A DNA stretch of 64,000 nt, taken from NCBI GenBank assembly GCA_963822585.1, contig CAWGIE010000036.1, positions 266,642 through 330,641 of the forward strand, in the 5' to 3' direction. Source of the DNA: an uncultured bacterium (GTDB lineage Bacteria > Auribacterota > Erginobacteria > Erginobacterales > Erginobacteraceae). The translations under genes were made by a program, and so were the position numbers. This document shows positions 31,612 to 41,941 of the stretch, piece by piece. Below the pieces are notes generated by a model. The model was not told the origin of the DNA. It ran no database searches and worked only from the letters and a program-made list of their open reading frames with translations. How positions within the stretch are numbered: the first letter of the stretch is position 1; every line of letters starts with the position of its first letter.

Positions 31612-32679
31612 TCACTCCGCCTCTGTCTTTTCTCCGATATCATTAGATGTATTATCTTGAGATAATTTATCTTCACGCACAAAATGGAACAGCGCCTTCT
31701 TCAGTTCCGTTAATCCTTCTTTTTTCAGCGCCGATATCGGCAGCACCCGGGAGGGAGAAAGCCGGGTGGAGCGAAGAAAGCTCCGGTATGCTTTCTCCGC
31801 CCCCGGCAGGTCCATTTTATTCGCCGCGATCAAAAACGGCCGGGCGGCCAGCTCATCCTTATACAGTTCCAGTTCCCGGCGCAGGCGGGCGTAGTCTTCC
31901 TCCGGCCGGCGGCCATCCGCTCCCGCCATATCCAGGACGAACAGCAGAAGCCGGCTCCGTTCGACGTGTCGGAGAAAGGCATGCCCCAGACCGACATTCC
32001 GGTGAGCTCCCTCGATCAGCCCCGGAATATCGGCGGCCGTGATCGACTCCGATACGCCGTCGGGGTCCCTGACGATGCCCAGACTCGGGCTCAGGGTGGT
32101 AAATGGATAGGCGGCAATCCGGGGATGGGCATTGGAAATGCCGGAGATCAGGGTGGATTTTCCCGCGTTGGGATATCCGACCAAGCCCACCGCGGCCAGG
32201 AGCTTCAATTCGAGAGTAAATACACCCTCTTCACCGGGCTTCCCCTTTTCCGCTATGCGGGGAGCGCGGCGGGTGGAGGTGGCGAAACTGGAATTGCCTC
32301 TCCCCCCTTTCCCCCCTCGGGCCAGCAAAAGGCGTTCACCGTCCGACACCAGGTCCGCGACGAAATCGCCGCTCTCGGCCCGGCAGACAAGCGTTCCGAG
32401 AGGAACCTGCCGGATAAGATCCCTCCCGTTCCTCCCCGTCATATTCTTCCCCCGGCCATGACCCCCGTTTTCGGCCGCAAGCAGGGGACGGTAATAGAAA
32501 GGGATCAATGAACCCGCTTGACTGGAAGCTTCCAGATAAACACTTCCCCCCTCACCGCCGGCGCCTCCGTCCGGGCCCCCTCGGGAAATATACTTCTCCC
32601 TTCTGAAGCTGAGGCACCCGTCCCCTCCCTGCCCGGCTTTAACGGTAACCCTCGCTCTGTCAACAAAGGTTTTTTTCAA
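31612..32679 (-). CDS. obgE: GTPase Obg
   Basis: FRREKY..GGPDGG, VGYPNAGKST, YPFTTL, ADIPGLIEGA, FLRHVER, ANKMD. Confidence 0.97.
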   Translation of the reverse strand: MKKTFVDRARVTVKAGQGGDGCLSFRREKYISRGGPDGGAGGEGGSVYLEASSQAGSLIPFYYRPLLAAENGGHGRGKNMTGRNGRDLIRQVPLGTLVCRAESGDFVADLVSDGERLLLARGGKGGRGNSSFATSTRRAPRIAEKGKPGEEGVFTLELKLLAAVGLVGYPNAGKSTLISGISNAHPRIAAYPFTTLSPSLGIVRDPDGVSESITAADIPGLIEGAHRNVGLGHAFLRHVERSRLLLFVLDMAGADGRRPEEDYARLRRELELYKDELAARPFLIAANKMDLPGAEKAYRSFLRSTRLSPSRVLPISALKKEGLTELKKALFHFVREDKLSQDNTSNDIGEKTEAE

Positions 32680-32737
32680 ACTACGAAATACCGCGGAGGG
32701 TATGACTTCCGTTCCGGGGGGTTGCTACGGGACCTGC

Positions 32738-32998
32738 TCAGGCGACTGCTGCCGGGGTAATCGAGACATGCTTCTTCTGGCCGTGACTCTCGAAGTTGAC
32801 CACGCCGTCGATGAGGGCAAAGAGCGTGTCATCCCTGCCCCGCCCGACATTCCTGCCCGGGAGAACGCGGGTGCCCCGCTGGCGGATGATGATGGTCCCC
32901 CCCCGTACAAACTGGCCTGAGTTTCTTTTCACTCCCAGTCGCTTGGAATGGCTTTCTCTTCCGTTCCGAGTACTGCCCTGTCCTGTTTTATGAGACAC
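32738..32998 (-). CDS. rpmA: 50S ribosomal protein L27
   Basis: [35 protein letters not shown]. Confidence 0.98.
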   Translation of the reverse strand: MSHKTGQGSTRNGRESHSKRLGVKRNSGQFVRGGTIIIRQRGTRVLPGRNVGRGRDDTLFALIDGVVNFESHGQKKHVSITPAAVA

Positions 32999-33014
32999 AA
33001 TCGCCTCCTATTAT

Positions 33015-33282
33015 AAATTAGCTTGCGCAGTCTACCCCGATTTATCGGGGCTCGAAATTTATGTAGGATCGTCCTTCATTCCGTGAAGGACTTGCAGGAG
33101 ATGTAGTAAATGTAGTATCGCCTTGCCGGAGGCAAGGCTTGCTGAGCCGCAAGCGAAGCGATCCTACAATTCCTACAAAGAATGCCGCAGGCATTCTGAT
33201 CCTACAAGTCCTGTCGCGCAAGCGACTGGACGATACTACACTATCGGATTTCTCTTCCTTTGAAATTTCGCGGCAGTAAATA
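33015..33282. repeat. Modular cassette carrying 179-bp GTAG-hairpin mosaic (BIME-like), copy 1
   Basis: Core TGTAGGATCGTCC...GGACGATACTACA at 33062-33240; homologous to 41687-41865 and 62398-62572. Confidence 0.9.
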
Positions 33283-33302
33283 AGATACACGCCAGCGCGG
33301 AC

Positions 33303-33800
33303 TTAAGACGCTTTCTTCCGGGCCTTCGGTTTCGCTTTGCTTCCGGTTTTTTTCTTGCCGGCTTTTTTCCCGGCCGCCGCGGTTTTTTTCTTGGCACCTT
33401 TCGCCGCTGCCGGCTTTTTCACCGGTTTCTTCTTTTCTGCCGGAGGACTCATCTCTTCCGACTCGACCCGGCGCCCTTTACCCGGAGGGGTGATCTCCTC
33501 GATCTCCACCGTGCAAAAACCCTGGCGATGTCCCATTTTCCGGTGTGAGTCTTTTCTCCGCTTATACTTATAAACAATAACCTTCGGGGCTTTGCTGAAC
33601 CCGATAATTCGTCCCGCAACGGCGAAGCCGTCGAGCAGGGGACGTCCCACCGCCAGTGTTTCCCCGTCCCAGTGAAGAAGGACTTGCGTGAAAGTCACTT
33701 GTTCACCTTTGGCGGCCGGGAGCGTCGGCGTTTTGATAGTATCTCCCTTCTGGACCAGGTATTGTTTCCCGGCTATTTCCACTACCGCAAAATTCATCAT
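33303..33800 (-). CDS. rplU: 50S ribosomal protein L21 with Lys/Ala-rich tail
   Basis: FAVVEIAGKQY, VGRP, KYKRRK..HRKMGHRQ; start ATG 33800 or 33797 after SD GGAGG. Confidence 0.96.
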   Translation of the reverse strand: MMNFAVVEIAGKQYLVQKGDTIKTPTLPAAKGEQVTFTQVLLHWDGETLAVGRPLLDGFAVAGRIIGFSKAPKVIVYKYKRRKDSHRKMGHRQGFCTVEIEEITPPGKGRRVESEEMSPPAEKKKPVKKPAAAKGAKKKTAAAGKKAGKKKTGSKAKPKARKKAS

Positions 33801-33820
33801 TATTCCTCCAGTTTCAATCA

Positions 33821-33849
33821 AATCTAAGGAAGGACGTGCGTCCTGTCAA
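33821..33849 (-). promoter_or_regulatory. Putative sigma70 promoter of rplU-rpmA-obgE
   Basis: Minus strand TTGACA-17 nt-TAGATT; the spacer contains the palindrome GGACG-CA-CGTCC. Confidence 0.6.
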
Positions 33850-33863
33850 TTGAAATCAATATC

Positions 33864-35396
33864 CTAACTTACCTTTTCCTGGCCGTCGCCGGAGAGGGCC
33901 CAGACAATATACTCCTGAAACCCGAGATCGGCGTTATCGATGATGCTGAGCCGGATCCCATACTGGCGACCGAATCTCCGCAACTGATCCCATCCCTCTT
34001 CCAGCAGAAAACGGGCCAGAGGCGGCGCGGCTTCGATCCGGAATCTCTTCACTTTGGGAAATCTAAGCATCCCCGAACCGAGCCGCCGCTCGATCTCCAA
34101 CCCCATGCTGAACAATGACTTGACCACCCCCAGCCCCTGGCAATACGGGCAGCATTCATATACTTTCATTAAAAAGCTTTCTTCTTCCCGTTGCCGCGTC
34201 AACTGGACCAGCCCGAATTCGGAGAACGGTAAAACCCGGGTCTTGGCCTTGTCCTTTTTCAGTTCCTTGAGGAGGGCGCCCATCACCCGCTTCTGATATT
34301 TCCGGGAGACCATGTCGATGAAGTCGATCACGATAATCCCCCCCACGTTCCGAAGGCGAAGCTGGGTCGCCACCTCTTCGGCGGCTTCCATATTCGCCTT
34401 CAAAGCCGTCTCTTCCTGTCCCTTCCCGCCCTTGTGTTTCCCCGAGTTGACGTCAACCGCCACCAGGGCCTCCGTCTGATTGAAAACCAGAAACCCCCCG
34501 CATTTCAGCCAAATCTTCGGCTTGAAAAGTTTTTCGATCTCCCCCTCCAGGCCGTGCTTTTCGAAAAGCGGGGTGCGGCCCCGATAATAAACCAGCTGGG
34601 ATTGCGCCTCGGGAGAGAAACTGGACAGGAAGCGATTGATTTTTTTATACTCCGTCTTGGAATCAACGATAATGTGTTCGACATCGGTCAGCAGGGATTC
34701 ACGGATTATCTTCATCACCAGTCCCAGTTCCTCGTGCAAAAGAGAAGGGATGGCGGCTTTCTTCTCCTGTTTCTGTACGTTTTTCCAGGTATTGAGCAGA
34801 TAGTGGAGATCTTTTTTCAGATTCTTTTTGGTCGCTGTGATGGCCGCCGTTCTGACGATCACTCCGGCTTCCTCTCCGGCTTTAAGCTCCATCATCATCT
34901 TCCGCAACCGCTGCCGGTGATCGGGTTGAGTAATTTTACGCGATATCCCGATCCGCTTTTCGCGGGGGGTCAGGACCAGATAGCGCCCGGGAAGACTGAT
35001 CTGGGTGGTTAATCGCGCTCCCTTGCCGCTGATCGGTTCCTTGACGACCTGGACCGTGATCTCCTGATCTTTGCGCAAAAGTTGCTGAATAGTCCGGACC
35101 GGACGGGCAGGGGAATTCCGGGAGGGGGACGCATCTTCATCATCAATATATTCTTCCCAGAGGGACGATGATTGTGCCGTTTCCCTCATCGGCAGAAAAC
35201 CGTCTTTTTCCAGACCGATGGAGACAAAGGCGGCCGCCAGCCCGGGAAGGATGGTGGAAACCTTGCCCTTATAAATATTTCCCAACGGACGCTGGGACTC
35301 GCCGCGCTCGAGAAAGAACTGCTCCAGTTTACCGTCCGCCAGGACTGCCACCCTGTTTTCCCGCGGATGACAGTTGATGAGGATCTCCTTGCTCAT
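33864..35396 (-). CDS. rng: Rne/Rng family ribonuclease (RNase G size)
   Basis: GNIYKGKV, VQVVKEP, KGARLT, TEALVAVDVNSG, QLRLRNVGGIIVIDFIDM, CPYC. Confidence 0.93.
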   Translation of the reverse strand: MSKEILINCHPRENRVAVLADGKLEQFFLERGESQRPLGNIYKGKVSTILPGLAAAFVSIGLEKDGFLPMRETAQSSSLWEEYIDDEDASPSRNSPARPVRTIQQLLRKDQEITVQVVKEPISGKGARLTTQISLPGRYLVLTPREKRIGISRKITQPDHRQRLRKMMMELKAGEEAGVIVRTAAITATKKNLKKDLHYLLNTWKNVQKQEKKAAIPSLLHEELGLVMKIIRESLLTDVEHIIVDSKTEYKKINRFLSSFSPEAQSQLVYYRGRTPLFEKHGLEGEIEKLFKPKIWLKCGGFLVFNQTEALVAVDVNSGKHKGGKGQEETALKANMEAAEEVATQLRLRNVGGIIVIDFIDMVSRKYQKRVMGALLKELKKDKAKTRVLPFSEFGLVQLTRQREEESFLMKVYECCPYCQGLGVVKSLFSMGLEIERRLGSGMLRFPKVKRFRIEAAPPLARFLLEEGWDQLRRFGRQYGIRLSIIDNADLGFQEYIVWALSGDGQEKVS

Positions 35397-35697
35397 TGCA
35401 ATTTTCCTTCGGAAAATTGTAGTTGATCTTGCGGCAACGACAATTTTCGTTTCATGCGATTTATTTTATACATCGGGGTATTTGATTTCCCCATTGCTCC
35501 CGCATTGTAAGAGGTAAAACCGAAATTATCAACCCGAAATAATGATATAATAAGAGGAGTTACTGATGACCTTGTCCGATTAATCGAAATTTTGTTTGCA
35601 TTCATGGTCATTCAGACTGTGTCATAACCATCACAATGTCATCGAAAGGAGCCCTGATAAATCGGGGTAGACTACGGAACGAAGCAATCTCAACTGG

Positions 35698-36351
35698 TCA
35701 ATCTAATCCCGGGCCGAAAAATTTTACCCTCTGCCAGCGCAGGGCCGGCAGATATCCCCCCTCCGCCCCGGAAAGGGCCGAGAGGACCTCGTAGGGGCGC
35801 CCGTTCTCCTCTACGGAAAGGAGCAGTCGTAAAGTGGTCCCCTCCCCTTCCAGTTCGATCTCCTCCACCCCCCGGCGGGCGTTAACCGTTTTCGTCTCCG
35901 GCCCCTGCCGATAGGTCACCGGGACATCATCAGCGCTCAGAAATGCCGCGACCGCGCCGGAGGTTACCAGAACCGGATCGTGTATTATCACCCGGTACTC
36001 GGCTTTTTTGATGGTTTTTCCCAGGGTGGGGGTGCCGGGTGAAACAATCCGGCCGGTTTTGACCGTGATCCCCTCGGGAAGACTCTCGTTCAGGATCGTG
36101 CAGGCTGGTTCCTCCTCGACGGGACGGGACACGGTGATCTCCAGCAGCTCGTTCAATCCTTCCATCCCGACTTTCAGGGGCGGACAAAAAGTTGCCCGGG
36201 GATGAGGACTGTACCCTTCCGAATAGGTGATCGGGAAACCGGTTCGGGAGAATGCCCGGAAAAAAAGCCGGAGGAGGTCACGATGGGAGATAAACCGGAT
36301 CAAACCGGTTTTGGAATACGTCAGCCGAAGCCTGATGGGTGTCATTACCAT
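35698..36351 (-). CDS. Radical SAM-linked protein (TIGR03936/DUF2344-like)
   Basis: YSKTG..RFISHRDL, YSEGYSPHPR, PLKVG.EG, LNESLPEG; start ATG 36351 or 36345. Confidence 0.88.
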   Translation of the reverse strand: MVMTPIRLRLTYSKTGLIRFISHRDLLRLFFRAFSRTGFPITYSEGYSPHPRATFCPPLKVGMEGLNELLEITVSRPVEEEPACTILNESLPEGITVKTGRIVSPGTPTLGKTIKKAEYRVIIHDPVLVTSGAVAAFLSADDVPVTYRQGPETKTVNARRGVEEIELEGEGTTLRLLLSVEENGRPYEVLSALSGAEGGYLPALRWQRVKFFGPGLD

Positions 36352-36396
36352 GCCTGAAGTGCAATAGTTGTACCTTCCCTCGAAATGAAATAATTC

Positions 36397-36624
36397 ACCA
36401 CGAAGGTCACGAAGTACACGAAGAAAAGTGGAGAAAACAGGTTCTTTCCCATTGATAAAACTGGTAATGACTGAGCTTGTCGAAGGGAGGCCAAGATCCC
36501 GATACATCGGGACTCTGCCCGGAAACAAGTTAATTGATCATTACGAACAGTTGATTTAACCCATATGCAATAGACGAGAATCTTTACTTTTAAACCCTTC
36601 GTGTTCTTCGTGTCCTTCGTGGTT
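36397..36624. repeat. Inverted CACGAAG arms around a ~170-bp spacer with nested mini-palindromes
   Basis: Arms at 36397-36423 and 36597-36624; inside are CTGAGCTTGTCGAAGG and CCCGATACATCGGG. Confidence 0.8.
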
Positions 36625-36668
36625 AATTAGTTTAATGACAAGGGATGCGTCCTTTAAATAGGACACAA

Positions 36669-38441
36669 TTATTTATCGATTGATTCTCCGAAGGCCCTGC
36701 GTGATTCCCTGACTAGTATCTTTTTTTCCGGCCCGGCATCGATGTGATCCCAGGGTAAAGGATCGTCAAAGTTATACGGAGGATTCAGGTACTTCTCCCT
36801 CTCGACCCCGGTTTTACGAAAGGCCGCCGCCCATTTTTCTTCGCTGAAATGCTCCGTCCAGCCGTCAAAACGGCATCCCTCCCCCCAGGCCGATCGGAGA
36901 ACCGCGCCGAGAAGACGATCGCCGCGGGCGAAGATACCTTCCAGCCGGCTCAAGACCGCCGGGTGGAACTTGAGTTTGACTTTTCGGGAATGAACCAGCC
37001 GCCGCAGCAATCCTTGCTTTCGGATAATTTCATCGGGTTGCGCCATCGACGTCCACTGGAAAGGAGTCCCCGGCTTGGGAACAAAATTCGATACCGTTAC
37101 GTTTAACTGCCCCCCCCAGCCGGCGGTCCGGTTAATGAGCGCCGCGATCGCTTCCAGATCCTCATCGGTCTCGGTGGGCAGTCCGATCATAAAATAGAGC
37201 TTGAGGATGCGCCAGCCCAGTTCACGGAGCTTCCGGGAGATATCTCCGAGGAGACCGGCGTCCAGATGTTTGTTGATAACGCCCTGCAGCCGGTCGCTGC
37301 CCGCTTCCGGCGCCAGGGTGACCCCGCTTTTCTTCAGACGCTTCAATTCTTTCAGCATCCGCTCACTCACGGTCGCTATGTTCAGGGAGGGAAGAGACAG
37401 CCGCGCCTTCTTTCCGGCCAGCATCGGGGAGAGCTCTTCCAGCAAGGGCTCTATTCCCCGGTAATCGCCGGCGGAGAGAGAGAGCAGGGATACTTCTTCG
37501 AATCCGCCCTTCTCAACAAGATCGCAGGCCTGCCGGATCACCATACCGGGATCCTTTTCCCGAACGGGCCGGCCGACCCAGCCGGCCTGGCAGAAACGGC
37601 AGCCCCGGCGGCAGCCTCTCATGATCTCCACCACCGCCCGGTCGTGCACGATTTCGGTGATCGGGACCAGCGGACGTTCAATTCGCGAACTGTCGATATT
37701 CTCCAGTATCCTCCTTTTCACCCGTTTCGGGATCGAGGGGACGCTGGGGGTGATGGTCCGGAAACGACCGGATGCGTCATAAGTTACTTCATAGAGAGAA
37801 GGCGCGTAAAGACCGGGGACTTTCTCGACCAGATGGCGGAGCAAGTCCTCTTTTTTGCGGCGACCGGAGGAGCCGGCATCAGCCGTCTCCCTCTTCCATG
37901 AACGATACGCGCCAAGGATTTCCACGACGGCTTCTTCGCCGTCCCCGATTAAAAAAAGGTCGAAGAAATCAGCCAGGGGTTCCGGATTGGTGGTATTCGC
38001 TCCTCCCCCCAGGATCAGGGGATACCCGGGCCAGGGGCGTTCCCGGGATTCCAACGGGACCCCGGCCAGATCAAGCATGGCCAGGATATTGGTATAGGTC
38101 AGTTCTACCTGGAGGGAGAACCCCCAGATATCAAACTCCGCGGCCGGGGTAAACGACTCCAGCGAGCAAAGGGGGATCTCCTTGCGGCGCAGTTCCGCCT
38201 CCATGTCATCCCAGACGGCGAACGCTCTTTCCGCGGATGCCCAGCTTAAGCGATTGACGACGTCATAGAGGATCCGGAGCCCATGATGACTCATCCCGAC
38301 TTCATAAAGATCGGGATAACTGAGCAGGAACCTGATCTCGGCCGCGGGCCGGCAGGTGGCATTTATCTCTCCCCCGATGTAGCGTGCCGGACGCTGGACA
38401 AAGGGAAGAACCTCCGTCTCCAGTAACTCTCTAATGTTCAT
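36669..38441 (-). CDS. Radical SAM protein (TIGR03960-like)
   Basis: VQRPARYIGGE, YPDLYEVGMSH, EIMRGCRRGCRFCQAG, TLAPEAG, KLYFMIGLPTE, LPWDHI. Confidence 0.92.
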   Translation of the reverse strand: MNIRELLETEVLPFVQRPARYIGGEINATCRPAAEIRFLLSYPDLYEVGMSHHGLRILYDVVNRLSWASAERAFAVWDDMEAELRRKEIPLCSLESFTPAAEFDIWGFSLQVELTYTNILAMLDLAGVPLESRERPWPGYPLILGGGANTTNPEPLADFFDLFLIGDGEEAVVEILGAYRSWKRETADAGSSGRRKKEDLLRHLVEKVPGLYAPSLYEVTYDASGRFRTITPSVPSIPKRVKRRILENIDSSRIERPLVPITEIVHDRAVVEIMRGCRRGCRFCQAGWVGRPVREKDPGMVIRQACDLVEKGGFEEVSLLSLSAGDYRGIEPLLEELSPMLAGKKARLSLPSLNIATVSERMLKELKRLKKSGVTLAPEAGSDRLQGVINKHLDAGLLGDISRKLRELGWRILKLYFMIGLPTETDEDLEAIAALINRTAGWGGQLNVTVSNFVPKPGTPFQWTSMAQPDEIIRKQGLLRRLVHSRKVKLKFHPAVLSRLEGIFARGDRLLGAVLRSAWGEGCRFDGWTEHFSEEKWAAAFRKTGVEREKYLNPPYNFDDPLPWDHIDAGPEKKILVRESRRAFGESIDK

Positions 38442-38482
38442 TTGGAAAAAATGCTACCCTGGCGTCGCCCTTTCTTCAATTT

Positions 38483-38566
38483 GATGGAATGTTGGAGTGA
38501 TGGAGTATTGGAAAGCCGGCCCCCTGATCCCACCACTCCATCACTCTACCACTCCATTACTCCATC
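38483..38566. repeat. Inverted ACTCCATY octamer arrays
   Basis: ATGGAATGTTGGAGTGATGGAGTATTGG ... CCACCACTCCATCACTCTACCACTCCATTACTCCATC. Confidence 0.8.
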
Positions 38567-38621
38567 AAGCCATTCTTTCGCGCTTGATATTATCCATGAC
38601 ATTCGTTGCGCATCATAAATG

Positions 38622-39722
38622 TTAATAGTAGTACCGATGCGTATACACGCTCTGGCACAGCCCCAGCAGGGCCAGGACCGACGTTGTTACCGAACCCCCG
38701 TAGCTGATCAGCGGCAGCGGTAAGCCGGTGGCCGGAAGCAGGCCGGCCGCCATCCCGATGTTGATCCCCACGTGGCTGGCCAAAACCAGTATCGCCCCGG
38801 CCACCAGGAGCTTCCCGGTCGGTTCCCGGCATTTTCCGGCGATCAGGAAGAGACGCAGGAAAAGGACCGCATAGAGGCCGATCGTCAGCAGGCAGCCGGT
38901 AAAACCCCACTCTTCGGCCAGCACCGAGAAAATAAAATCGGTCTGGCGTTCGGGAAGAAAACTCAGCATATTCTGAGTCCCGGAGAGCCAGCCTTTTCCC
39001 CAGATGCCGCCCGATCCAATCGCTATTTTCGACTGGAGGATGGTATAGCCCGCTCCGGACGGTTCCAGCCCCGGGTTCATAAAAACCAGAAGACGGGTTT
39101 TCTGGTACTCTTTGAGAAATAACCATAATCCCGGCGCCAGCAGGGCCAGGAGCAGGAGGAGGATCAAAATGTACTTGATGCGGCCGCCCGCGAGGAAGAT
39201 CAGCCCCAGGGTTACCGGCAGAAAAATAAGAGCGGTCCCCAGATCCGGCTGCTGGCGGATGAGAAAAGCCGGAACCGCGGCCAGGCAGCAGGGAATAATG
39301 ATGTAAGACCAGCGATTCCGGTAGTCGGATTTCGCGGTGAGGTAGCGGGAGAGCATCAGGATCAAGGTTATCTTGGCGAATTCCGACGGCTGGATGGTGA
39401 AGCCCCCCAGCTGAATCCAGCGGCGGGCGCCGTACCGCGACTCTCCCAGGACCACGATGACCGCCAACATCAGGGTCGTGCATCCGGCCAGGAAGTAACC
39501 GCCGGCGACGGCTTTCCGGTAGTCGCTGGCGGCCAGAAAGAAGAAGAGAAGGAGTCCCAGAACCAGCCAGAAGACCTGCCTTTTAAAAAAAAGGGTCCCG
39601 GTAGCTTCGCTCAGCTGGAAGGAAGCGCTGTAGACAGCCATAGTCCCGATCGCGGATAATGCCAAAACGGCGATCAGGAGAGCCCAGTCAAGATATTTAA
39701 GGTTTCTGAAAAAATCCATCAT
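38622..39722 (-). CDS. rodA: Rod shape-determining protein RodA (SEDS)
   Basis: GARRWI, QPSEFAK, QPDLGT, QSKIAIGSGG, PERQTDFIFS, TGLPLPLISYGG; start set to ATG 39722 (or 39719). Confidence 0.96.
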   Translation of the reverse strand: MMDFFRNLKYLDWALLIAVLALSAIGTMAVYSASFQLSEATGTLFFKRQVFWLVLGLLLFFFLAASDYRKAVAGGYFLAGCTTLMLAVIVVLGESRYGARRWIQLGGFTIQPSEFAKITLILMLSRYLTAKSDYRNRWSYIIIPCCLAAVPAFLIRQQPDLGTALIFLPVTLGLIFLAGGRIKYILILLLLLALLAPGLWLFLKEYQKTRLLVFMNPGLEPSGAGYTILQSKIAIGSGGIWGKGWLSGTQNMLSFLPERQTDFIFSVLAEEWGFTGCLLTIGLYAVLFLRLFLIAGKCREPTGKLLVAGAILVLASHVGINIGMAAGLLPATGLPLPLISYGGSVTTSVLALLGLCQSVYTHRYYY

Positions 39723-39731
39723 TACTACCTT

Positions 39732-39847
39732 AGAACTCTGCCCTCGCTCCGTTCGGGCAGTGTTCTGGAGTGTTGGAGTATGGGAATAGTGGAATAGTGG
39801 GGGGCATTTCTCCATTACTCCAATACTCCAGTACTCCACCACTCCAT
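39732..39847. repeat. Hairpin plus inverted ACTCCA octamer arrays
   Basis: Hairpin AGAACTCTGCCC...GGGCAGTGTTCT, then TGGAGTGTTGGAGT ... CTCCATTACTCCAATACTCCAGTACTCCACCACTCCAT. Confidence 0.8.
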
Positions 39848-39881
39848 TTCATTTTCCCCCGGATAATACTACCTCCCCGGC

Positions 39882-41654
39882 TCATCTTGACAAACCTCTC
39901 TTCGTGTCGAAATAGCGACGCATGAATTCCCCCGCCAGCGGGGCCGCGGACTGTCCTCCGGATTCCGCGTCTTCCAGGAGTATGGCCAGGACAATTTCCG
40001 GTTTCTCTGCCGGGGCCAGGGCCAGAAACCAGGCGTGTTTGCCGTATTCGGAAGGAGATCCTACCTGAATTGTCCCCGTTTTCCCGGCAATTTTAATCGA
40101 CGGCTGGGCGGCCAGATGCCCGGTCCCGTTCACATCATTGACAACCCGAGTCATGCCCGCGAGTATTTCATCCCAGATCCTGCCCGGGAGATCGAGCTGT
40201 TTCCTGACGAACGGCTCCACTTCTTTTATGGGCTCCCCATTCGGCGAATCTATTTTCCTCACAATCCTCGGACTGTAGAGTGTGCCTTTTTCGGCGATCA
40301 TGGAGCCCAGAGAGGCCATCTGGAGCGGCGTCACCAGAAGATACCCCTGCCCGATGGAAAGATTGACCGTATCCCCGGGATACCAGGGTTCCCCGAAAAC
40401 TTCCTTCTTCCAGAAGCGGTCGGGAACTATCCCTGCGCTCTCCCCCGCTATCTCGATCCCGGACCGCTCTCCCATTCCCAGTTCCCGGGCCATGGCGGCG
40501 ATTCGATCCACCCCCAGCTCCTGGCCCAGGTTATAAAAAAAGACGTTGCAGGAATGCTTGATCGCCTCCTGAAGACACAACGGTCCGTGGCCGGACGGCC
40601 GCCAGCATTTAAAATAACTGTTGCCCAGAACAAATATCCCCTCGCAATCATAGGTGGTTGACGGGGAAATAACCCGATATTTCAGGCCGGCCAGGGCCAG
40701 AACCAACTTGAAAGGAGAGCCCGGGGGGTATTCCCCGGTTAACGCCCGGTTCAACAGCGGGGCGCCCGGATTGGAGAATACACTGTCGGCATCTTCTTTG
40801 CGAACAGGCCGGGTCAAAAGATTCGGATCAAAAGATGGGTGACTGACCATGGCCAGGATATCGCCGTTGCGGGGATCCATCGCGACCGCCGCCCCCTTCC
40901 AGTCCTCCATCAGTTCATCCAGAATCTTCTGTGCCCGGATATCCATCGTCAGATATATGTTATCTCCGGGGAGCGGCTCCGTCCTGCTCAATACCTTATC
41001 CCGGTATAACCGGGCATTCACCTGCAGCTGCTCCACGCCCGGGGACCCCTTCAGATAACGGTCATAAGCATCCTCCACGCCCATCTTACCGATGTCATCT
41101 TGGGCCCGGTAGCCGGAATCTTGCAGCCGGGCGAGTTCGCCGGGGCTGATCTGCCCGACATAACCGAGCAGATGGACGGGAATGGAGCCGTAAGGGTAAT
41201 ACCGGACCGGGTTTACCTGCACATCAACACCGGCCAGTTCCGGGCTCCTCTCCCTGAGGGCGGTGGCGGACGCGATCCCGATATCCGCGGCCAATCGCAC
41301 CGGCTCGAAGGGCCGTTCCTTGAACATGTCAAGCCGGGAGTTCAGACGTGCTGCCGGTATATCGAGGATAGCGCTGAGGACCGCGATTAACTTTCCCCGG
41401 TTTTCTATCTCGGTAGGATTAACCACCACGTCAAAACTGGGACGGTTGTCGGCCAATACCACCTCGTTCCGGTCAAAAATTTTCCCCCGGGGGGGAGGGA
41501 TCCGCACCAGGCGGATTCTATTTTTAACCGCGCGCTCCTGATACTCCTCCCCCTTGACTACCTGCATATACCAGAGAGTAATGATGATAACCGCCCCCCA
41601 GATAATCAGGAAGATGGCCAGAACCCGCAGTCTCGCGTCAATCGCTGTCTTCAT
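39882..41654 (-). CDS. mrdA: Penicillin-binding protein 2
   Basis: RGKIFDRN, RYYP, PGSPFK (SxxK), SCN (SxN), AGKTGT; mre/rod context. Confidence 0.96.
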   Translation of the reverse strand: MKTAIDARLRVLAIFLIIWGAVIIITLWYMQVVKGEEYQERAVKNRIRLVRIPPPRGKIFDRNEVVLADNRPSFDVVVNPTEIENRGKLIAVLSAILDIPAARLNSRLDMFKERPFEPVRLAADIGIASATALRERSPELAGVDVQVNPVRYYPYGSIPVHLLGYVGQISPGELARLQDSGYRAQDDIGKMGVEDAYDRYLKGSPGVEQLQVNARLYRDKVLSRTEPLPGDNIYLTMDIRAQKILDELMEDWKGAAVAMDPRNGDILAMVSHPSFDPNLLTRPVRKEDADSVFSNPGAPLLNRALTGEYPPGSPFKLVLALAGLKYRVISPSTTYDCEGIFVLGNSYFKCWRPSGHGPLCLQEAIKHSCNVFFYNLGQELGVDRIAAMARELGMGERSGIEIAGESAGIVPDRFWKKEVFGEPWYPGDTVNLSIGQGYLLVTPLQMASLGSMIAEKGTLYSPRIVRKIDSPNGEPIKEVEPFVRKQLDLPGRIWDEILAGMTRVVNDVNGTGHLAAQPSIKIAGKTGTIQVGSPSEYGKHAWFLALAPAEKPEIVLAILLEDAESGGQSAAPLAGEFMRRYFDTKRGLSR

Positions 41655-41658
41655 CTAT

Positions 41659-41925
41659 GAATTAGCTCGCTGCTCTCGCAAATTTATGTAGGATCGTCCT
41701 TCTCCCTGTTCAGGACTTGCAGGAGATGTAGTAAATGTAGTATCGCCTTGCCGGAGGCAAGGCTTGCAGAACTGCAAGCGAAGCGATCCTGCAATTACTA
41801 CAAAGAATGCCGAAGGCATTCTGATCCTACAAGTCCTGTCGCGAAAGCGAAAGGACGATACTACATTACCGGATTTCTCTTTTTTGAAATTCCCGAACAT
41901 TAAGTTACTCCCCTGCGGAGCTAAT
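41659..41925. repeat. Modular cassette carrying 179-bp GTAG-hairpin mosaic, copy 2
   Basis: AATTAGCTCGCTGCTCTCGCAAATTT, core 41687-41865, TTGAAATT at 41884. Confidence 0.9.
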
Positions 41926-41941
41926 GTGTGTTCTCTAATGA

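Noticed and set aside
36352..36528. N-terminal extensions in the ORF track (also ligA, rodA, the aminotransferase, the TPR protein, SGNH, HU, the RlmD-like gene)
   Set aside because: The extensions run through repeats or neighbouring genes. Downstream starts fit the family N-termini or SD sites better.
36424..36596. Degraded GxxExxY-type gene between CACGAAG arms
   Set aside because: Manual translation of part of the spacer gave no convincing motif; it cannot be supported without a search.
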